From Deltaproteobacteria bacterium (GTDB taxonomy: Bacteria > Myxococcota_A > UBA9042 > DTJE01), in the NCBI GenBank assembly GCA_029555025.1, contig JAKPTZ010000115.1, positions 24,898-88,897 of the forward strand: 64,000 nt of DNA, read 5' to 3'. Positions 55,876 to 64,000 of the stretch are shown here, piece by piece. A program made the position numbers and the translations under genes. Position 1 is the stretch's first letter. Each line of letters begins with the position of its first letter. The notes beneath the pieces were generated by a model that worked only from the letters and a program-made list of their open reading frames with translations, ran no database searches and was not told where the DNA came from.

Positions 55876-56681
55876 AGTCCTCTCGCCTCGTTAAGGAGAG
55901 CGTTGTCGGCTTTGACGAATCCGGAAATTCCAAACAGCTTGCAGAACTGCTTTCCTTCCTTGTCGTCGCAGAATCTTTCCATGGTCCTGATGAAACCTTC
56001 CCGATCCTTCGCCGTGGTCTTTGCCTTGCTGGCAACCAGAGGCATGATCGGCAGGGCCTTCGATGTGAAGATTACTTCAAGGTCGCGTGCCCAGTCCAGA
56101 GACTTTGACGCGTTGAACTGCTGCTCGGTCACCAGCACGGCGTCAATCTTGCTTCCGGTCAGGTCGCGCAGTGCCTTGATCGAGCCGCGCGCCTTTTCCG
56201 CGACGAACGAGGAAAGCGGGTATTTCCCGGCCAGAACGACCTTCTCGACGAACGCGGGCTCGGCCAGCGGCGTGCCGCTGATCTTTTTTCCCTTCAGTTC
56301 GTCCATCGTCTTGAACGTGCCCTTGCGGACAAGGACGCGGAATGTTTCCGTCGTCTTGCCGTCCATCTTCGGCTGGACGACCGGCTCGAGGCCTTCCGGG
56401 TTCTGAAGCAGGAATCCAAGCGAGACGATGGCGTAGTCGGGCTTTGCGGCCATCAGGGCGCCACACTTCGTCATGTCCGAAGTGAACTCGGAAGTGAACG
56501 AGCCGGAATCCCAGCCCGACATCTTCTCCATCACGCGCAGCATCTGGTCGGTGGCCGGTTTGGCGTCGGCCTCGCGGACGCTGCCGCCGGGATAGCAAAG
56601 GACAAGTGTCTTTCCGGCTGCCGGGACACAAGCCGCGACCGCAATCAACGCAACAATGGATGCCGTGAAAAACCTGTTCAT
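55866..56681 (-). CDS. Periplasmic solute-binding-like protein (signal peptide, PBP-like fold suspected)
   Basis: Signal peptide MNRFFTASIVALIAVAACVPAAG. Its start overlaps the MMPL stop (ATGA). Confidence 0.5.
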   Translation of the reverse strand: MNRFFTASIVALIAVAACVPAAGKTLVLCYPGGSVREADAKPATDQMLRVMEKMSGWDSGSFTSEFTSDMTKCGALMAAKPDYAIVSLGFLLQNPEGLEPVVQPKMDGKTTETFRVLVRKGTFKTMDELKGKKISGTPLAEPAFVEKVVLAGKYPLSSFVAEKARGSIKALRDLTGSKIDAVLVTEQQFNASKSLDWARDLEVIFTSKALPIMPLVASKAKTTAKDREGFIRTMERFCDDKEGKQFCKLFGISGFVKADNALLNEARGLWK

Positions 56682-59437
56682 TTCTTTCTCCTGTCGGTCA
56701 GTTGTGCCATCAGCGGCGCAAGCAGAAGCGCGCACGCAAGGCAGCATGCAAGGCCGATCGTAACACCCAGGCCAAGCGTCGAGATGCCCCTGTATTCGGC
56801 AAGCGAAAGGGCACCGATACCGGCTATCGTGGTCAACGCAGCCACAAGTATAGGAATTCCCGCGACGCGGATGATCTGCCAGGGTCCGTACTGGCGCATT
56901 TCATCGAACCGGTGGGCGAACCAGATGCCGTAATCCAGCGCCAGCGCCATCAGCAGCGGCAGGGCGATGATATTCGCGTAGTTGTACATGTAGCCATGAG
57001 TCTTGTTCAGGATTGCCAGGATTCCCAGCATGATTCCCTCGCCAATCAGAAGCGGAAGAGAGGCGACGAGGAAGACCGGGATGCTGCGCAGAACCAGCAT
57101 CAGGAATGCCATCGCAACAATAATCGCCAGGGCCGTGCCGCTGAAGAAGCTTGAACGCGCAAGCTCCGCCTGGACGTTGTGCGTGGTCGGGAAACCGGTC
57201 GCCGCCGGGTTGATTTCGTAGATGTCCTTCATCAGGCGCTGAAGGAACGAAATGTTATAGACGGAATCGGCCGGATAGACGTAGGTGGCGATACTTCCGT
57301 CATTTCCGAAGAACCTTGAACGAAGGTTGTCGGGAAGATCAGTCGGTTCCAGAACCTTGGCGTCCTTCCACTTCGCCAGTTCCCGAAGCATGTATCTGGC
57401 GTCCCCGACGATCGCGGTCAGGAAAGCCTGGTTAGCCGTCCCCGCCTTCTCCGGATCTGCCTGGAGCCTTTCGATGATCCTGGCAAGGCGATCCCGGACG
57501 CCGTCGATGGCCCCGACCAGATCGGCATGTCCGGCGCTGGAGGCTGATTCCTGGTAATCGTCAATCATGTCCATAACCTTTTCAAGGATTGCCGCAATCC
57601 GCAGCGGCGCGCCGTTTTCCGGCAGCACGAAGTTCTTTTCGTCCATGATGTATCTGGCCACGTCCGATTCCGACAGGATTCGGCCGACCTTGCGGGCGGG
57701 TTCCACCCTTTCTGCCGCATCGGACGGGAAGAACTGCATCGGGCTCTGCACCTTGGCAACGGTGTTCAGCTTCTGGGCCTTATCGCCGATCTCGCGAGCT
57801 TCCTCCTGGGTCTTCGCCACAAGGATGACGACTTCCGACTGGTAATCGCTTTCCTTGACCATCCGTTTGGAATAGATCGCGGTTTCCGAATCCGCTGGCA
57901 GCATGTTAAGGACGTCGTAATCAAACGGCAGGTTGATGCCCTTGTAGGCACCGACTGCGGCGAGAATGACGGCCACCGTGACGATTGCCGCCGCGATCGG
58001 CTTCGGGATTTTCTTTCCCGGGTCGTCCTTTCCTTCCATGCCGGTGTCCTGTCCGAGTGCCTCGGCAGGCCTCGGCTTCAGCAGCGCGAACAGCGCTGGA
58101 AGCAGGGTGAACGTCGAAATCTGGACGGTTGCCACGCCGCACAGGGCAACGATTCCCAGTTCTGAAAATCCGGTGAATTCAACGGTTCCAAGTGCCCCGA
58201 ACACCATCATCGAAGCAAGTCCGGAAGTCACGACCGGTCGGGCCGAAGCCCCGGTTCCGACGCGGATGGCGTCCATCAGCGGCAGTCCGCGCTTCATCTC
58301 CTCGATGATCCGCGATGAGATGAAAACCCCGTAGTCAACGCCAAGCCCGAACAGCACCGCCGTGAAGGCGGTGGTAACCATGTTCATGTGGCCGACGGTG
58401 AAGTACATCATCGAGAAGGCCCAGACCGACCCGAAGCCCATGGCGCCGAATACGACCAGTCCGCGGCGGAACGAACGCATGACGAAAGTGATGATCAGAA
58501 GGATCAATATGCCTGCGCCGGCGATTGTCCAGGTGACGCCCTTCTGGATGTAGCTGAATTCCTCGTAGATTGTGGCAGGCATTCCGGCAAGGCCCGTCGT
58601 CGGAACCGCGCGTCCGGCCGCCTTCCATTCCGCCTTCAGCGCGTCGTTGGTTGATCTTACGTTCTCATAGAAAGGCTTGATTGCGGTGAATTCCTCGGAG
58701 CCGATGGCCTTTCGTACGAACACGAAAAGCATCGAACCGTCGTGGGAATCGTAGAAGCCGTTGCCGGTGACCATCTTGCGTGCTTCCGGCTGATCGGCCA
58801 GCATCTTTTCCCACGCGATCCTGGTCGCCTTGCTGTCCGGTTCAAGCCAGCGCAGCCATTCGTCCAGGAAGAACTGCATGCCGTTCAGTGAAGCTCTGGC
58901 CGAATCCATGTCGATTTCGCCCATCGGGATGGCCGGGGGCTCCTCGAAATAGCGGTTGGCCGCGTCAAGCGCCTCGTCCAGGCTTGACGGCATCTTTCCA
59001 TCCATCGACAGGAGTCCGTCCATGAATGTCGCAGCCTTGTCGAACTGCTCGTGGGGAAGGATGGTGTATGCATGGGAAACGAAAAAGTTCAGGTCAAGAC
59101 GGCTGTCGGCGGCGGACACCTCGGGAAGCTCTTCAAGTCGGGACGCCAGTTCCGCGGCGTACTTCTCCAGTTCCGGCCGTTCGATGCCTTCGATTGCGAT
59201 TATCAGGTCCGAGGCGGCGCCGAAGTTTTCCATGTAGTGTTCGAAACGTTCAACTTCCGGGCTGGTTCTGTCCAGCAGCGCCGTGCGTGATGTAAGGAAA
59301 GGCATCTGGCTCAGCAGATAGAGGGACAGCGCGCACAGGGCCAGGCCTATACCCACAAATACAAGTGGACGTCTCGAGGAGGCCGCGGCAATCGTCTGGA
59401 AAAAATGCTCGAATCGCTTTTCGAAATTCTTCAACAT
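56678..59437 (-). CDS. MMPL/RND-superfamily transporter (HpnN-like, 12 TM with two periplasmic loops)
   Basis: Two 6-TM bundles of SSD type, each preceded by a large periplasmic domain. This is the typical MMPL architecture. Confidence 0.8.
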   Translation of the reverse strand: MLKNFEKRFEHFFQTIAAASSRRPLVFVGIGLALCALSLYLLSQMPFLTSRTALLDRTSPEVERFEHYMENFGAASDLIIAIEGIERPELEKYAAELASRLEELPEVSAADSRLDLNFFVSHAYTILPHEQFDKAATFMDGLLSMDGKMPSSLDEALDAANRYFEEPPAIPMGEIDMDSARASLNGMQFFLDEWLRWLEPDSKATRIAWEKMLADQPEARKMVTGNGFYDSHDGSMLFVFVRKAIGSEEFTAIKPFYENVRSTNDALKAEWKAAGRAVPTTGLAGMPATIYEEFSYIQKGVTWTIAGAGILILLIITFVMRSFRRGLVVFGAMGFGSVWAFSMMYFTVGHMNMVTTAFTAVLFGLGVDYGVFISSRIIEEMKRGLPLMDAIRVGTGASARPVVTSGLASMMVFGALGTVEFTGFSELGIVALCGVATVQISTFTLLPALFALLKPRPAEALGQDTGMEGKDDPGKKIPKPIAAAIVTVAVILAAVGAYKGINLPFDYDVLNMLPADSETAIYSKRMVKESDYQSEVVILVAKTQEEAREIGDKAQKLNTVAKVQSPMQFFPSDAAERVEPARKVGRILSESDVARYIMDEKNFVLPENGAPLRIAAILEKVMDMIDDYQESASSAGHADLVGAIDGVRDRLARIIERLQADPEKAGTANQAFLTAIVGDARYMLRELAKWKDAKVLEPTDLPDNLRSRFFGNDGSIATYVYPADSVYNISFLQRLMKDIYEINPAATGFPTTHNVQAELARSSFFSGTALAIIVAMAFLMLVLRSIPVFLVASLPLLIGEGIMLGILAILNKTHGYMYNYANIIALPLLMALALDYGIWFAHRFDEMRQYGPWQIIRVAGIPILVAALTTIAGIGALSLAEYRGISTLGLGVTIGLACCLACALLLAPLMAQLTDRRKK

Positions 59438-59686
59438 GTTAAGACCTGGGCGAGTTAATAATTTCAAATGGTTGTGCGACCTGCCGTGTTCATTGAACCG
59501 ATCCGGCAGGTCGGAATTCGGTGCAGATTGTCACCGTTCTGGCGGTCGAAAGTCAAGGAAGGCACCCCCAGTCCGGTCAGCGCCATCAAAGGCCATATCG
59601 ACCCTGACCATGTTAGTCCCCGAAATCACTTGTTGACTGGCGTCGGCATGCAAAATACCCTCTTCCGGGTCTTTGTCCTGGAGCAG

Positions 59687-61492
59687 ATGATGCGACATCA
59701 CCCCCTTCCAACGCTTCTGATTCCCCTGATGATGATGGCCGCCTGCGGTTCCGCCGGTTCAAGCCCGGATCTGGCCGGGGATGTCCCCGACGTGGGCGTG
59801 CCCGATTCGATCCAGGGAGACTTGATGCCGGACGATCCCGGCGGGCCGGACGTTCCGGTCGTTTCCGACGCATCCGATGCCGTCGAGCCGGTCGATTCAC
59901 TTGACGCGGTCGATGCCGCCGATTCGGTCGGGGATGAGGGCGCTCCGTTCGACTTCAGGGTTCGGTGGAATGCGCCGGCCGGTCCGTGGCCGGTCTGCGA
60001 CGAGGTGGCTGGAACATCGAAGACGCTGGCCGCCAAGGCCGCCTATTACGACTGGATCGGGCCGAAGCTGCACCAGGAACCGAAGTCCGGATCGCACGAA
60101 GACACCGCAAGGATGTACAACGTGGATTGTGACGGCCCGGTACCGGTGGAAATCGTGCCGGACGACCAGTTGCCGAACTGCGTTCTTCGCAGCAGCGAGA
60201 ACAACGGGCTGTGGACGTCGATGTACGTTGCGTCCCAGTGCTTCAGGTACGGCGCGACCGGGGATGCGGAAGCACTTGCAAATGCGCTGCGCACCCTGAA
60301 GGGCACGTACGAGTTGATGCAGATCACCGGGCGTCCCGGTCTTTACGCCCGCGAGGCTTCGGATCCCGGGATCGCCCCAATCCAGACTTGTCCCGAAGAC
60401 CCGATGGAGTACCGACCGCCCGAGGAAGGCACCAGGAAGGGCAATTACTGGGTGAAGGTCGATACCGACGGGTGCATGCTGGATTACCACTCGGACTCGG
60501 CGGAATGGGTGAAGCACCCGGATGTCTGCACGGACGTCAAATATGCCGGGCGCTGCTGGAAGCGCAACGTGTCCAAGGATGAATACAGCGGCCATGCATA
60601 CGCGGCCGGCGTGTGCGCCAAGGTTGTCGATGATCCCGCCGTTCGCGGGCTGGCGACCGAAATCCTTTCGAAGATTGCGCATCATCTTAAGGACAATGCC
60701 TACTGGCTGACAGATTACGACGGTCTCGAGACCAGGTACGGTTCGATCCATGCCATGTCCCTTGACCACATCCCGGGTTTCAACGCGAAGCTGGCGCTTG
60801 TCTGGGTCAAGTCGGCCGCGATGGCATCAGGCGAGCAGGAACTGATTGACGAATACTATAAGTGCCTTCTCCAGTCCGACGGCGAACTGCGGTGTATCGA
60901 AAGGGAGACCGAATTCCCGGTCGATTACACCACCTTCCTGGACGAACTCGGGTTGAAGATTGGTTGCCAGACCAACTTCGACAACGTCAGCATGATGATG
61001 CTTGCGTACCTGAACGAGATCTGGTTCGAGCCGTCGAAGGCGGAGCGTGCGCGTTTCCGTGCCCTGTTCGAACAGGCCAGTCGAGGCCCGGATACCGATG
61101 ACAGGGACATCTGGTCGATGAAGGTGCCCTTTTACAATTTCATGATCGCCGCGGCCGAAGGCGATGAAGCGATGACCGCGGAACGAAGGAACCTTATCGA
61201 GTCCATGGTCAACGATGGAATCTGCGTCCTCAAGAATTTCCAGGAAACCCAGATCGAGCGAGATGAAGACACCACCGTGCTTGAATCGGTGTGCGAGTCC
61301 GACCGCCACGGTTCGTTGATTGACGGCATAGTTCCAATCGAGGATCGCTGTCCGGCGACGTTTGAATGGTGGGGCGACCCTTCATCGGTTGAAAAGTGCA
61401 GCTTCAACCCGAACGTCGCCGACAACCCGGCCGGCTTCCTTGCCCCTTACTGGATGGGGCGATACTTCGGGTTCATTTCGGAAGACATGTGA
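59687..61492 (+). CDS. Lipoprotein, paralog A of an unknown-function family (C-terminus ...PYWMGRYFGFI)
   Basis: Lipobox LMMMAACGSAG after the start at MMRHHPLP, and a D/P/V-rich linker. The core is homologous to the next gene. Confidence 0.6.
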   Translation: MMRHHPLPTLLIPLMMMAACGSAGSSPDLAGDVPDVGVPDSIQGDLMPDDPGGPDVPVVSDASDAVEPVDSLDAVDAADSVGDEGAPFDFRVRWNAPAGPWPVCDEVAGTSKTLAAKAAYYDWIGPKLHQEPKSGSHEDTARMYNVDCDGPVPVEIVPDDQLPNCVLRSSENNGLWTSMYVASQCFRYGATGDAEALANALRTLKGTYELMQITGRPGLYAREASDPGIAPIQTCPEDPMEYRPPEEGTRKGNYWVKVDTDGCMLDYHSDSAEWVKHPDVCTDVKYAGRCWKRNVSKDEYSGHAYAAGVCAKVVDDPAVRGLATEILSKIAHHLKDNAYWLTDYDGLETRYGSIHAMSLDHIPGFNAKLALVWVKSAAMASGEQELIDEYYKCLLQSDGELRCIERETEFPVDYTTFLDELGLKIGCQTNFDNVSMMMLAYLNEIWFEPSKAERARFRALFEQASRGPDTDDRDIWSMKVPFYNFMIAAAEGDEAMTAERRNLIESMVNDGICVLKNFQETQIERDEDTTVLESVCESDRHGSLIDGIVPIEDRCPATFEWWGDPSSVEKCSFNPNVADNPAGFLAPYWMGRYFGFISEDM

Positions 61493-61549
61493 CGCCGGCC
61501 TTTTTCCGGCGCGTGTCCGTCCTGGCATTCAATGACGCTGGAGGTACCA

Positions 61550-63391
61550 ATGTTCAGGTTTGGCCCGTCGGTTGCCGCGATTGTAGCTACCCTTGTCCTT
61601 GGCTGTTCCGGCGGGCCTGGAAACCCGGATGCGGTTGAACCGGACGATGTCCCGGGCGACATTTCCGGCGATGACGTTCCTTCGGTTCCCGACACCGGTA
61701 ATCCAGCGGATGCGTTCGATGCCGGTTCGGATTCGGAGCCGGGCGATCTTCCGCGAAATGACGGCCAGGAAGTCGCCATCCCTGATGATGGCTCATCTGA
61801 AGATGTCCCGGTTCTGCCCGAGCTGGTTCTTACAAGGACAGTCGTGCCCGTCGTGGATGCCGGCTTGTCATTGAACCATGCCCTCGAAGCGACGGGTGGC
61901 CAGCCGCCTTATTCAGACTGGACCATAGTGAAGGGGAGCCTGCCTGCCGGCGTCGAACTGGATGCCGAAACGGGGATCATTTCAGGGGTGCCTTCGGAAA
62001 GGGGGTTTTCCTGGTTTGTCGTCGAGGTTGGTGACTCGGCCGGCAACCGCGCCTCCGAGCTCTTCGGCATCCGGGTCGGGGATCCCGTTTCGACAGGCCC
62101 GCTGCGCGAAAGGGCGGACGCATACCAGGCCGTCTATGAAGCCAGGCACGACTGGGGCGGCTTCAGCTACAACTGCAACACGCCCGACGATCCGGACGGC
62201 AACCTGCGCCTGACTACCCTTGGCGACGCGACTTTCCAGTCTGGTCAGTGCACGATGGCGATGGCTTACAGGGACGCGGTCGAACGTACCCAGCAGACTT
62301 CGGCTTACCTGAAGAAGCAGGTTGACGGCTGGCGGTTTTTCCAGAACCTGACGGGTGTTCCGGGGCTTATCGGAAGAAGCTGGGGCAAGGTCGATTATCC
62401 GTGGGAAGACAACCACCACCGTGACGGATTCTGGCCGGACAACCCGGATTCGCACAGTTACCGCGCCGAAGGCGATTACGAAGGGTACATATGGGTTGGC
62501 GATGTCAGTCGGGATCAGGCAAGCGGCGCCGTGCTCGGTGTCGCGGCCGCGTACGACCTGGCCGACGACCCGGAGACGAAGGCGACCGCGGCCGCCTTTC
62601 TTACCGATCTGGTCGATCATGTCTGGGAAAACAATCTCGATTTCAAGGACAGGAACGACAAGCCGCCAAGGTACGGGAACATCGACGGCGACAACTTCGA
62701 AGGCTGGCCGTATCCAAACGGCCTGAACGCGGCGTGCTCGCTTGCATGGTTCAGGATCGCGGCACACGTGGCCGAGGCTGAAGGGCTCGACGATGCGGGC
62801 CGGTTCCGCGAAAGGTACCAGGAACTGGTGTCTCGCGGGTATATCGGATACATGCGCGACTACATGTGGGTTTATGACGGATACAACACGAAGCACTACA
62901 ACACTTACATGGCGTATGAAAATCTTTTCCATCTGGCACGTCTTGAAGACGACCCCGTTCTTGGCCCCCAGATCGACGACATCTTCCGGGACACGCTGTG
63001 GCTGAACCTGGACGACAACACGCCGAACCGCAAGGGCGTGAAGGAAGGAAATCCGGTCAAGACCACATGGTACCTGTATTCGACCGGGGATCGGGATCCG
63101 GTTGCCCTCTGGGATGCGCTCTGGCAGGTAGTCGTCTTCCCGGACGCGCCGCTTCGCGACCGTTACGTGAAAAACAGCGACGACCCTGAAATCGTGGTCA
63201 ACCCGGATGAGCCGACGGAATCCCTTTACCCGCTTCCTTCAAACCGGCTTCAGCCCGACATGGTCATCTGGCACCGCAGCACGTTCCTTCTGGACGGCGG
63301 AGTCGATTCGGGCGAGGAAAGAACCGGTTGCGATTACCTTCTGCCTTACTGGATGGGGCGTTACTACGGCTGGATCGATGCGGCCTGGTGA
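61550..63391 (+). CDS. Lipoprotein, paralog B with a putative Ig (He_PIG-like) domain; C-terminus ...PYWMGRYYGWI
   Basis: Lipobox LVLGCSGG and a motif LPAGVELDAETGIISGVPSERG. The C-terminal 400 aa align with paralog A. Confidence 0.6.
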   Translation: MFRFGPSVAAIVATLVLGCSGGPGNPDAVEPDDVPGDISGDDVPSVPDTGNPADAFDAGSDSEPGDLPRNDGQEVAIPDDGSSEDVPVLPELVLTRTVVPVVDAGLSLNHALEATGGQPPYSDWTIVKGSLPAGVELDAETGIISGVPSERGFSWFVVEVGDSAGNRASELFGIRVGDPVSTGPLRERADAYQAVYEARHDWGGFSYNCNTPDDPDGNLRLTTLGDATFQSGQCTMAMAYRDAVERTQQTSAYLKKQVDGWRFFQNLTGVPGLIGRSWGKVDYPWEDNHHRDGFWPDNPDSHSYRAEGDYEGYIWVGDVSRDQASGAVLGVAAAYDLADDPETKATAAAFLTDLVDHVWENNLDFKDRNDKPPRYGNIDGDNFEGWPYPNGLNAACSLAWFRIAAHVAEAEGLDDAGRFRERYQELVSRGYIGYMRDYMWVYDGYNTKHYNTYMAYENLFHLARLEDDPVLGPQIDDIFRDTLWLNLDDNTPNRKGVKEGNPVKTTWYLYSTGDRDPVALWDALWQVVVFPDAPLRDRYVKNSDDPEIVVNPDEPTESLYPLPSNRLQPDMVIWHRSTFLLDGGVDSGEERTGCDYLLPYWMGRYYGWIDAAW

Positions 63392-63467
63392 TGGCACGCC
63401 CCAGCATGGATCCCGCTTCAACGCACATGTATAATGAACCGATTCTTTACAATACAAGGGGTCGCCC

Positions 63468-64000
63468 ATGGACAGAGTCCTGCCTTTCGAAGTGTCTCCG
63501 GCTTCCGCCCGTGTCGCGCTGACTTCACGTCATCGGCCACGCAACTGCGTCTGGGAACTGACCCTTGACTGCAACCTGAACTGCGTTCATTGCGGTTCGT
63601 CGGCCGGCAGGGCACGCCACGCCGAGCTTTCGACCGAAGAGGCCCTCGACGTGGTTCGGCAGCTTCGGGATCTGGGCTGCGAACTGGTGACGCTTTCCGG
63701 CGGCGAGCCGCTTCTGCGGCCTGACTGGTTTGAAATCGCCCGCGCGATTGCCGATTCCGGAATGTACGTCAACATGGTCACCAACGGCCTGCTGGTTGAC
63801 GACGAGGTCGCCGCGAAGATATCGCGTTCCGGGATGTGCAACGTTGGCGTAAGCATCGACGGGCCGCGTGACGTGCACGACAGGATCCGCGCCCCCGGAT
63901 CGTTCGACAAGTCGATGGCCGGCATCCGGACGCTGGTGAAAAACGGCGTCAGCGTCGGCGTGATGACCACAATCAACCGCTGGAACATGGCCAGGCTCGA
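63468..64000 (+). CDS. Radical SAM enzyme (CxxxCxxC; SPASM/PqqE-like family suspected), 3' end beyond window
   Basis: The translation from ATG 63468 reads MDRVLPFEV...WELTLDCNLNCVHCGSS...TLSGGEPLL...MVTNGLL. It is open to the window end. It is absent from the ORF track only because no stop lies within the window. Confidence 0.7.
   Translation, partial: MDRVLPFEVSPASARVALTSRHRPRNCVWELTLDCNLNCVHCGSSAGRARHAELSTEEALDVVRQLRDLGCELVTLSGGEPLLRPDWFEIARAIADSGMYVNMVTNGLLVDDEVAAKISRSGMCNVGVSIDGPRDVHDRIRAPGSFDKSMAGIRTLVKNGVSVGVMTTINRWNMARL

Noticed and set aside
54904-56406. 500-aa plus-strand ORF spanning the TPR lipoprotein and periplasmic-binding-like genes in antisense
   Set aside because: Antisense artefact. 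The minus-strand genes have signal peptides and operon coupling.
59897-60769. 290-aa minus-strand ORF antisense to lipoprotein paralog A
   Set aside because: Antisense artefact.
61982-62932. 316-aa minus-strand ORF antisense to lipoprotein paralog B
   Set aside because: Antisense artefact.

Overview
This 64 kb window is a high-GC (about 62%) bacterial chromosomal segment with dense coding on both strands. High GC produces many long spurious antisense ORFs, which I rejected.

Housekeeping genes I can support are recJ (3' end cut by the window start), secF, secD and yajC. Also present are an orphan ClpP-like protease, a GH4 glycosidase, NAD kinase, an RluD-like pseudouridine synthase, ispG and a HAD hydrolase. 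Further along are a Cys/Met-metabolism PLP enzyme, a minus-strand cluster of tRNA-Glu(UUC), tRNA-Lys(UUU) and tRNA-Gly(GCC) with a sigma54 enhancer-binding regulator between them, an aldehyde dehydrogenase, a RelA-type (p)ppGpp synthetase, LD-carboxypeptidase, a beta-lactamase-family hydrolase, an HK/OmpR-type RR/B12 radical SAM cluster, a CNNM/TlyC transporter and UDP-glucose 6-dehydrogenase.

The most interesting region is a translationally coupled minus-strand module at 8178..15988. It encodes a 287-aa unknown protein, two paralogous P-loop ATPases, an Lhr-like DEAH helicase and an 810-aa Lon-like AAA+ S16 protease. NAD kinase follows the protease stop after a 2-nt gap. This resembles the BREX accessory genes brxD/brxHI/brxL without a BREX core (no PglZ, PglX or BrxC in the window). 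It is my best candidate for an undescribed defence-type system.

Other notable content:
- Three giant Cys-rich lipoproteins. One has MopE-like CDGxDNDCDGxxDE motifs plus a Kelch propeller. One has about 16 myxo-type Cys repeats. One is 1787 aa with four beta-sandwich plus lamin-tail-domain-like modules.
- An NFACT-N domain protein carrying about 7.2 near-perfect 66-bp tandem repeats.
- An MMPL-led envelope operon.
- Two paralogous lipoproteins with a shared C-terminal motif, followed by a radical SAM gene that runs off the window end.

I saw no CRISPR array, transposase, integrase or rRNA.
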